In this document: piece after piece, positions 7,525 to 14,074 of the stretch
Numbering within the stretch: the first letter of the stretch is position 1
How the letters are laid out: every line of letters begins with the position of its first letter
Origin: Planctomycetota bacterium
GTDB lineage: Bacteria; Planctomycetota; B15-G4
Assembly (NCBI GenBank): GCA_038212275.1
Contig: JBBQUR010000037.1
Location: forward strand, 1-14,074
DNA length: 14,074 nt
Reading direction: 5' to 3'
Position numbers and translations under genes: made by a program
The notes under the pieces: model-generated
What the model saw: only the letters and a program-made list of their open reading frames with translations
The model's database searches: none
What the model was told of the DNA's origin: nothing

Positions 7525-7601
7525 CTGCGGTGAATGCCACGGCCATTCACCGCAGTACGTGCGGCGAATAGGTTGCCTTGGGACCCATCCGCCTCTACCA
7601 T
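7525..7601 (+). promoter_or_regulatory. fic promoter/operator
   Basis: 12-bp perfect inverted repeat CTGCGGTGAATG-N7-CATTCACCGCAG, third half-site TGCGGCGAAT (7560-7569), then TTGCCT-N17-TACCAT. Confidence 0.7.
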
Positions 7602-7612
7602 CACAGGCGACC

Positions 7613-8743
7613 ATGCGGCGCAAGACCACCTACATCCACGAGCTCCCGGCGTGGCCTGAATTCACGTGGGACGCCGAGGCCCTCGCCTCGTCGCTCGCCG
7701 CCGTGCGCCACCGGCAGGGCCGGCTACTCGGCAGCATGCAGTCCCTGGGCTTCGATCTTCGCTCCGAGGCGAGCCTGGTCGTGCTGACCAGCGACGTCGT
7801 GAAGTCTTCGGCCATCGAGGGCGAGGTGCTTGATCCCCAAGCCGTGCGCTCGTCCATCGCTCGCCGCTTGGGTCTCGATGTCGCGGGATTGCCTCGCGCC
7901 TCCCGAGACGTCGAGGGCGTTGTCGAGATGATGCTCGATGCGACCCGCAACTTCACGACGCCGCTGACAAGGGAGCGGCTGTTCGGCTGGCACGCGTCGC
8001 TGTTCCCGACCGGGCGCAGAGGCATCACGCGCATCGCCATCGGTGCATGGCGCCCTGAAGGCTCGGACCCCATGCAGGTCGTCTCGGGTGCCTTCGGCCG
8101 GGAGACGGTCCACTTCGAGGCGCCGGCCGCACAGCGCCTTCCGTCCGAGATGGCGCGGTTCGAGACGTGGTTCAACGAGCCGGAAGGCCCCGATCCGGTT
8201 CTCAAGGCGGCCATCGCCCACCTGTGGTTCGTGACCATCCACCCGTTCGAGGATGGTAACGGCCGCATCGCGCGAGCGATTGCCGACATGGCGCTGGCCC
8301 GCTCCGACGACACTTCGGATCGCTTCTACAGCATGTCGTCCCGCATCGAAGCGGAGCGCAAGCACTATTACAACGAGCTGGAGGCCGCACAGAAGGGCGG
8401 ACTCGACATCACCCGTTGGCTGGCATGGTTCCTGGGATGCCTGGACCGGGCGATCGACGGAGCCGGCACCGCGCTGGCCAGCGTCCTGAACAAGGCTCGA
8501 GTCTGGCAGCGCCTCCACCCACACTCGGTGAATGAGCGACAGCGGCGCGTCCTAAATCGCCTGCTCGAGGACTTTCAGGGCCACCTCACGACATCGAAGT
8601 ACGCCAAGCTGGCGCACTGCTCGACCGATACGGCTCTGCGCGACATTCAGGAGCTGCTCGACCTCCGAGTTCTCGTCCAGAACCCGGGTGGAGGTCGCAG
8701 CACGAACTACCAGCTCGCGCCAGCGGACCAGCTCCGCGACTGA
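7613..8743 (+). CDS. fic: Fic-family protein (DUF4172-type N-terminus, Fic domain, C-terminal wHTH)
   Basis: Canonical HPFEDGNGRIAR; N-terminal YIHELPAWPEFTWD and inhibitory-helix-like KSSAIEGE; C-terminal TTSKYAKLAHCSTDTALRDI...GGRSTNY. Confidence 0.95.
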   Translation: MRRKTTYIHELPAWPEFTWDAEALASSLAAVRHRQGRLLGSMQSLGFDLRSEASLVVLTSDVVKSSAIEGEVLDPQAVRSSIARRLGLDVAGLPRASRDVEGVVEMMLDATRNFTTPLTRERLFGWHASLFPTGRRGITRIAIGAWRPEGSDPMQVVSGAFGRETVHFEAPAAQRLPSEMARFETWFNEPEGPDPVLKAAIAHLWFVTIHPFEDGNGRIARAIADMALARSDDTSDRFYSMSSRIEAERKHYYNELEAAQKGGLDITRWLAWFLGCLDRAIDGAGTALASVLNKARVWQRLHPHSVNERQRRVLNRLLEDFQGHLTTSKYAKLAHCSTDTALRDIQELLDLRVLVQNPGGGRSTNYQLAPADQLRD

Positions 8744-8821
8744 ACGGGCCTTCGGCTCACGGGCCATCCGACACAATCGCAATCACTTCGGCTTGCCGTG
8801 GCGCCATTCCATCGCGGTCGC

Positions 8822-8861
8822 TACGCTGAATTCGAGGTCGGATCGCTCCTTCCTGCCTTGA
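8822..8861. repeat. Dispersed degenerate direct repeat, partial copy C
   Basis: Exact 16-mer shared with copy A; GAATTCGnGnTCGGATC shared with copy B. Confidence 0.7.
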
Positions 8862-9028
8862 GGCGCCGTGCCGCCGTCGAGCTCGTGCAACGAGCGCCGG
8901 CGCGATACCGAGCGGGTTACTACCCCGGAGCAAGCGCACTCGCGACGGCCTTCGCTTCCGCCAGTTCCGGTCCCAGCCCCAACTGCTCACCTCGCCCTCG
9001 ACCCCAAGTCCTGGCCGGTGGCGGTCGA

Positions 9029-9067
9029 TGGCCATAAGTGGACACATCAGGACATCGGAGCTACCCT
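9029..9067 (+). promoter_or_regulatory. parD promoter with phased short repeats
   Basis: TGGACA-N17-TACCCT, 6 nt before ATG 9074; TGGCCA/TGGACA/AGGACA at a 10-nt period (9029, 9039, 9049). Confidence 0.6.
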
Positions 9068-9073
9068 TTCCCC

Positions 9074-9352
9074 ATGAACGTTTCCCTCACCGACGAGCAG
9101 GTCCGCTTCATTGAGGACAAGGTCAAGACCGGTCGCTACCAGACGGCCGCCGAGGTGGTCCGAGAAGGCATCCGGCTGCTGATGGACCACGAGGCCGACG
9201 AGCAGCGTCGCTTCCAGGCGTGGCGCGACGAGGTGCGCCGAAAGATCGATGCCGGCTGGGATCAGGCAACGAACGGCCAGCTCGTGGACGGCGAGGAGGC
9301 CTTCAAGCGACTTGAAGCACGGCTCGACGAGCGACGCAAACCGCGCAAGTGA
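9074..9352 (+). CDS. parD: ParD-family (RHH) antitoxin
   Basis: MNVSLT.EQ.RFIEDKVKTGRYQTAAEVVREGIRLL...KIDAGWDQ...GQLVDGEEAF. Confidence 0.9.
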   Translation: MNVSLTDEQVRFIEDKVKTGRYQTAAEVVREGIRLLMDHEADEQRRFQAWRDEVRRKIDAGWDQATNGQLVDGEEAFKRLEARLDERRKPRK

Positions 9353-9387
9353 GTTCCTTTCGGCTGACGCCTCTCGCCGAGGCGGAG
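9349..9387 (+). pseudogene. 5' stub of a ParE-family toxin
   Basis: GTG overlapping the parD stop (GTGA) reads MSSFRLTPLAEAE, a typical ParE start, then loses similarity. Confidence 0.7.
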
Positions 9388-9501
9388 CGCGGAGCGCGGG
9401 GCGGAGGGCGCCGCCACCTTGCCGCGGAGCACCCACCATGCGCCCAGCAGCGCGGCGAGGGCACTGGCGGCGAACAGCGGCAGCGTGGCGCCTGACGTCA
9501 C
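9386..9501 (-). pseudogene. Probable 5' stub of a membrane-anchored protein
   Basis: MTSGATLPLFAASALAALLGAWWVLRGK: TM helix plus basic residues; -10-like TAGACT 6 nt before GTG; frame runs antisense into the parE stub and parD. Confidence 0.4.
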
Positions 9502-9519
9502 CCCGCCAGTCTATGCGCC

Positions 9520-9723
9520 TCAATTTGCTGCTGCACGCCGGCGCACGAACGAGTTCCAAGTGTAGTAGGACTCGGCCTTCTCGCGACTGATCGGCAGTGC
9601 GAGAGCTCGATCGCCTTCGCATCGGCGGCGGCCTTCGTTGTCCACGACGAGGACTTGCAGTTCCCTGTCCAGGATCGCACTCCATTCGTCGTAGGTCAGC
9701 TTGAGCGCAGCGTCGGGATTCAT
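9520..9723 (-). CDS. Small hypothetical protein (67 aa)
   Basis: Strong SD AGGAGG 5 nt before ATG; protein-like composition. Confidence 0.6.
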   Translation of the reverse strand: MNPDAALKLTYDEWSAILDRELQVLVVDNEGRRRCEGDRALALPISREKAESYYTWNSFVRRRAAAN

Positions 9724-10079
9724 TGGTTCCTCCTGTCGGACATTCGGAACGCGTTTTTCAGTGGCCCGATCCGCAGCGCCCCCTCCCTTGTCCGGAAGGC
9801 CTCGGTAAAACCCGCCCCGTCACCCACCGCAGCGCCCGCCGCGTGTCCCCTCCGGCACCGACATGGCCGCTTCGTCCTCGACACGGAGCCCCATGGGTCC
9901 CTCTTCAGAGCGGCTCCGGTGTGCCGCGACGACAGTCGCAAGGACTCCCGCTATCGTTCCGCGGATGACGATCCGCTTCGGCACCTGCTCCTGGTCCGAG
10001 AAGTCTTGGGTCGGGCCGTCCATGGGGCGTTGATCGGGAGACTGCCCTGCCCTCACGTGCCCTGATACGCTGCCCCGCC

Positions 10080-12020
10080 GTGACCAAGCCCGACCGCATC
10101 GCCGCCGCGCTGGTAAAGGCAGCCCTCGAGCTGCACGCGCGCCAACTCTGGGCCGAGGTCGCCAGCGAAGCCTTGTTCCTGCTCCGGCTACCTGGCCAAC
10201 CAGCGCCGTTGGTCGGCTGCATCATGGGCCAGTCGGGCGAGCAGTTCGGCATCAACGTCGTGCGCGGCGAGCAGGCATTGTCGGCGATGCTCCGGCTCAT
10301 GGAGACCGAGGGAGACGATGTGTCCGTCCTCTCCGATGTCACCAGCTACGGCGTGACCGTCCAGCCCCTGCACGAGATCGAGCCCGTGTTGCGGGCGCTG
10401 GTGCAGGCCGCGGGCTTGCAGCTCCGACGCGATGCGCTGGCACCGTTGGCGTTGTGCAAACCGGTCGGCGGGAGAGCGCGCCCGGCCAACCGCTCCGAGT
10501 GGAAGTTGCTCACAACGGCCATCCGCGCCGTGCTCGCGGCCCACGCGTCAGGAGAGTTCACACCCGAGCCGGTCGACGAGCGCAGCCGCCGGATCATGGA
10601 GTTGGTGGTCGAGGAGTCGGACGCGTCCACCTCGGAGGTCCGCGTGCGAGCGCACGTCGTGCAGTGGCCCGCGGGCACGACGACCGCGCCGTCCGCAGAC
10701 ACGACGCCGGCAGCGACGGACGATGACGTGCCGACGCTCACGCCATGGGACACGGGCGGCCTTCCCCAGACGCTCGACGAATGGAAGCTGGCCGACGTTG
10801 TGATCACCGGCCGCCTCGTCAAAGCCGTTACGGACGCCCAGCTTCTCAACAAGCGCATGCTCGCGCGCTACTTCGGCAGCTTCCCCCGCGCCAAGCAGGC
10901 CCTGGAGCAGTGCTCCGGTCTTCAACCGATCGGCGGCTTCATGGAGTGGGTCTTCGCCGATTGGTTTCCAGGGGTCGGCGGGACCACGCTGCTGGAGCAA
11001 CGGCTGGCCGATCCGGCGACGTCTCCCGTCGAGAGGGCACTGTGGCGGGGGCGCGCCGACGCGCGGCTGTCGATCTACCGCGTGGACGCGGTGCGGCCGG
11101 GCGATGGCTTGGACGTGGAAGATGTGCTGTCCGGCGAACGGACGACGGTGAGCGAACGCGGGCTGTCCGGCAGCGTCAGTCCGGGGATGTTTCTGGTGTT
11201 GCGCCTGATGCGCGTCGGGAGCTGGGACTTCTGTTCGCTCGCCGGGCCGCCGCTCGCCGCTCGCGACATGGGCGCGGCGCTCGACCTGCTCGAGCGTCAG
11301 GGTGCCGATCTCTCGGCCGGGTGCCTGCGGCGCCTGCCTCAGCTCACGGGCCGGCTGTGGGAGCTGGCGGTCGACCGAGATGCCAGACAGCCGCGCATCG
11401 GCAACTCCGACGGTGAGCCGATGGAGTTTCAGGCTGCAACGTTTCGAGTGTTGAACCCCGAGATGTGCGCGCGGGATCTCGACAAACGTTCGGATCTGGA
11501 TCGCGACGAACGCGACATGGCCTGGGACTGGGTACGGCCCGACACATCGGATCGCAAGGGCGAGCGGCTCAGCGTGCTCGGTCGGCTCGAACTCATCGAC
11601 GACCGGCTCGTTCTCGAAGTCAACTCGGCGAAGCGTCTGGCGCGGGCCCGCAAGTGGATCGAGAAGCTGCCGGGCGTGCGCTTCGACACCGCGACGATCC
11701 GGGCGCTCGACGCGCAGCGGCCGCTCGATGACCGGCTCGAGAGCAAGGCCTCACGCGAGCCGCCGACACCGGAGCAGCGCCGGCAGTACGAGCGAGTCGT
11801 GCACGATCTGTACGTCGAATGGCTCGACAAGCCCGTGCCAGTTCTCGGTAACGTGTCGCCGCGCGCGGCCTGCCGAACGGAAGCGGGCCGGCAGCAGGTC
11901 GCATTGCTCGTGCGCACGATGACGGACACGGCAACCCCGGCCGGGCCAATGCCGCCGCCTCGGGCGATGCTGCTGCGGGAGTTGGGGATCGGGACGCAGG
12001 GGCGCGAGCAGCAGGCGTAG
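10080..12020 (+). CDS. 646-aa multidomain hypothetical protein with C-terminal Xre/MbcA/ParS-like toxin-binding domain
   Basis: Long ORF with GC3 bias; Thr/Ala/Pro linker near aa 195-225; C-terminal EWLDKPVPVLGNVSPRAA motif; extended -10 TGaTACGCT 8 nt before GTG. Confidence 0.8.
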   Translation: MTKPDRIAAALVKAALELHARQLWAEVASEALFLLRLPGQPAPLVGCIMGQSGEQFGINVVRGEQALSAMLRLMETEGDDVSVLSDVTSYGVTVQPLHEIEPVLRALVQAAGLQLRRDALAPLALCKPVGGRARPANRSEWKLLTTAIRAVLAAHASGEFTPEPVDERSRRIMELVVEESDASTSEVRVRAHVVQWPAGTTTAPSADTTPAATDDDVPTLTPWDTGGLPQTLDEWKLADVVITGRLVKAVTDAQLLNKRMLARYFGSFPRAKQALEQCSGLQPIGGFMEWVFADWFPGVGGTTLLEQRLADPATSPVERALWRGRADARLSIYRVDAVRPGDGLDVEDVLSGERTTVSERGLSGSVSPGMFLVLRLMRVGSWDFCSLAGPPLAARDMGAALDLLERQGADLSAGCLRRLPQLTGRLWELAVDRDARQPRIGNSDGEPMEFQAATFRVLNPEMCARDLDKRSDLDRDERDMAWDWVRPDTSDRKGERLSVLGRLELIDDRLVLEVNSAKRLARARKWIEKLPGVRFDTATIRALDAQRPLDDRLESKASREPPTPEQRRQYERVVHDLYVEWLDKPVPVLGNVSPRAACRTEAGRQQVALLVRTMTDTATPAGPMPPPRAMLLRELGIGTQGREQQA

Positions 12021-12081
12021 GCCGGGCACATGCCGGCGACGGTCGCGACCCGCGCAGGCCCATTGACGCCGCGAGTGAAGG

Positions 12082-12160
12082 GGAGCCGAAGGGAAACGCT
12101 CGCAAAAGGGGAAGAAGGGGAAAAGCGTTTCACGCCTGATGAAGGCAACCCCTCGGCTCC
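12082..12160. other. Multi-stem inverted-repeat structure in a convergent intergenic region
   Basis: GGAGCCGA/TCGGCTCC encloses GAAACGCT/AGCGTTTC and GCCT/AGGC. Confidence 0.55.
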
Positions 12161-12205
12161 ACAGTAGGAGCATACACCGACTCGATCTTCGGGATCGCCA
12201 CAGAC

Positions 12206-12961
12206 TCAGCAGTTCACATACACGACAGGACTCTGCTGCCCTTTGCGGAAGTACTGTTCGACGGACTTGCCGAAGTACCTGTCTCGGATCTTCGGCGGCG
12301 CCACGTAGCCAGTGAACTCGCAACGGCTGCTGGGCCTCCGGTCGGGAAACAGCCCCGACCGGCATTCCGTCGTGCCCGCTTGGTGCCACTTCTCGATGCG
12401 GTAGACCTCGCGCACCACGCCGTGGAAGACGGCGAGGGCGAACTTCGCGGTCTCACGCCTGCTGCCGAGCTTCCAGCATCCCCGCGTCGAGTCGTACAAG
12501 GCGTTTCCCGACATTCCGTGACGATAGAGCCTGTTGATGCGAATCAGCAGCGCCGGATGGGTGATGTCCACTGGTCTCGCCCCGTAGTAGACAATCAATT
12601 CGTTCAACGGAATCCTGCCGAACTGGAGGCTCTTCCAGCCGGACACGAGATTAGTGAGGTCGTCGAGGCCGAGCAGGTCGATCACGGCCGCTTCGATGCG
12701 AAATGCCACCTCCTCGCTGGGGAGCCCGTGGGCGAGAATCTCAAGGCGCGGCACCAGTTTACGACTCTTGAGTTCAGCGATCCTCTGGGCCTTGCGAGAT
12801 TCGCCCGTCACGTTCATGTGGGCGAGCACGCGAGCCCCCTTTCCCTTCCCAACATAGAAGGGCCGGCCCGTCACAGGGTCGATGTAGAGGTACACGTAGT
12901 GTCCCAGATGCTCCGCGACGCCCGGCGGGAGGCGAGCAATTTCTGATTCAAGATGCGCCAC
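12206..12961 (-). CDS. LEM-3-like GIY-YIG nuclease domain protein
   Basis: HYVYLYIDP...PFYVGKGKGARVLAH...EEVAFRIEAAVIDLL....LTN: YVY-YVG, R, E and N catalytic signature; C-terminal LYDSTRGCW...AVFHGVVREVY.I..W domain. Confidence 0.9.
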   Translation of the reverse strand: MAHLESEIARLPPGVAEHLGHYVYLYIDPVTGRPFYVGKGKGARVLAHMNVTGESRKAQRIAELKSRKLVPRLEILAHGLPSEEVAFRIEAAVIDLLGLDDLTNLVSGWKSLQFGRIPLNELIVYYGARPVDITHPALLIRINRLYRHGMSGNALYDSTRGCWKLGSRRETAKFALAVFHGVVREVYRIEKWHQAGTTECRSGLFPDRRPSSRCEFTGYVAPPKIRDRYFGKSVEQYFRKGQQSPVVYVNC

Positions 12962-13068
12962 GAACGTTCATGCTCCGGGTGATTGTGTTGTCTCGTTTCA
13001 CATGCCGATTGAATCACAGGCGATCCGGAGTTAGATATCGACTCCATCCCGGTGAAAGGACCTCGCCC

Positions 13069-13641
13069 ATGAAACTCAAGAACGTCGCCGTCTCCGACCT
13101 CCGCCGCGAACTCGCCCGCCGCGAGTCCGGGGCCGCAAAGCTTCAGGCCACGCGCGCGGCGATATCGAAGCAGCTCGCCGCGCTCGAAGCCGAGCTGGCA
13201 GACCTCGGCATGGATGCGGCGCCCGCCCGCCGTGGCCGCAAGCCCGGCCGCCCGAAGAGCAGCGCGAACAAGCCTGGCAAGGTCGGCAGGCCGAAGGGCA
13301 AGCGCGCCAAGAACGCCATGAGCCTCGTCGATGCGATCCTGAAGGGAGTGCCGATCGGAAAAACGGTGTCGCCCGCCGAGGCAGCCGTCGCCGCCAAGAG
13401 GGTCGGCTACAAGAGCTCGAGCGCCAACTTCGGGATGATCGTCGCGAACGCCCTCGGCAAAGACGCGCGCTTCAAGAAGCTCGGGCGCGGGCAGTACCAG
13501 GTGGGCGGCGGGAAGGCTACCGCGCCGAAGGGTAAGAAGCCGGGCAAGGCGAAGCGCAAGTCTGCCAAGCGCGCGACGAAGGGCAAAGGCACCGCGAAGG
13601 CGGCTGCGACGACAGCGCTCGCCGAAGTAGTCGCGCGCTGA
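13069..13641 (+). CDS. Basic putative DNA-binding (nucleoid-associated-like) protein: coiled coil, AT-hook-like linker, wHTH-like domain, Lys/Ala tail
   Basis: SD GAAAGGA before ATG 13069; heptad N-terminus; RRGRKPGRPK and GRPK; KNAMSLVDAI...GYKSSSANF..IVANAL....RFKKLGRGQY. Confidence 0.85.
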   Translation: MKLKNVAVSDLRRELARRESGAAKLQATRAAISKQLAALEAELADLGMDAAPARRGRKPGRPKSSANKPGKVGRPKGKRAKNAMSLVDAILKGVPIGKTVSPAEAAVAAKRVGYKSSSANFGMIVANALGKDARFKKLGRGQYQVGGGKATAPKGKKPGKAKRKSAKRATKGKGTAKAAATTALAEVVAR

Positions 13642-13783
13642 GGGTATCGGGATGATCATGAAGTCGGACTTCGTGCGCGCGCTCGATCCCCGGAAGTCGT
13701 ATCTGCCGGCACCTCGGGCACCGGACGCCACGTCACGGATCACCGAGCACACCGACGCCCCCACCAATCGGACACTGCACGCC

Positions 13784-14074
13784 ATGACGAACGTATCCGC
13801 TCTGTCACTCGCTGAGATCCGCGTAGAGATCGATCGCCGCGAGAGGGCAAACGGCCAGCTTCAGGCCCGCCGCGAGAAGCTGGTCGCTGAACTCGCCGCC
13901 CTTGACTGGGAGATTGCGGCAATGGGCGGCAAACCTGGCGCCGCCGTCGAGTCCACGGGGGCGGCGTCAACCCGCAAGTCGCCAGGCCCGCGCGGCCCTC
14001 GAGCGAAGAACACCGTCAGCCTTGCCGATGCGCTCGCCATGGCCGTCGAGCCGCGTGCGGTCATCTCCCCCGCC
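13784..14074 (+). CDS. Second paralogue of the 13069 protein, truncated by the window edge (not in the ORF track)
   Basis: MTNVSALSLAEIRVEIDRRERANGQLQARREKLVAELAALDWEIAAMG...RAKNTVSLADAL...ISPA aligns with the 13069 protein; frame also open from ATG 13652. Confidence 0.85.
   Translation, partial: MTNVSALSLAEIRVEIDRRERANGQLQARREKLVAELAALDWEIAAMGGKPGAAVESTGAASTRKSPGPRGPRAKNTVSLADALAMAVEPRAVISPA

Noticed and set aside
7400..7612. N-terminal extension of Fic, and antisense ORF 7045..7629
   Set aside because: They overlap the repeat, operator and promoter; family similarity starts at ATG 7613.
4616..8861. CRISPR interpretation of the repeats
   Set aside because: Copies are kilobases apart and degenerate; no cas genes.
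9820..10056. Possible small minus-strand ORF and hairpins in 9720-10080
   Set aside because: No SD or family signal; stems are not beyond GC-rich expectation.
12093..12146. Hammerhead ribozyme (GAAA...CTGATGA)
   Set aside because: Core words are present, but stem I cannot form and the stem II closing pair is missing.
13430..13657. 11-nt direct repeat TCGGGATGATC (13430 and 13647)
   Set aside because: Short, one copy is coding, and no element lies between; plausibly chance.
12871..13785. 304-aa minus-strand ORF
   Set aside because: Antisense shadow of the basic DNA-binding protein gene.

Overview
High-GC bacterial accessory region; a Planctomycetota-like host is a guess from gene style only. 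Left part (1-4560): the 5' part of a group II intron-like sequence on the minus strand abuts the C-terminal winged-helix remnant of an OmpR-family response regulator. It is followed by a sensor kinase and three exported proteins (two paralogues and a PepSY-like lipoprotein), each preceded by a matching 11-bp-spaced OmpR-type box. Middle part (4600-9750): a patchwork of short modules. These are a BrnA antitoxin with only a BrnT tail, an intact HigB/HigA-like pair, a transposase stub, two paralogous 111-aa beta-rich proteins, a Fic protein, and ParD with only a ParE stub. Three same-orientation copies of a degenerate ~100-bp repeat sit at module junctions. Right part: a 646-aa multidomain protein with an Xre/MbcA/ParS-like C-terminus, a structured convergent intergenic region, a LEM-3-like GIY-YIG nuclease, and two tandem paralogous basic coiled-coil/wHTH proteins (the second runs off the edge). 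Many accessory genes look leaderless. All family calls come from motif recognition by eye; no searches were run.
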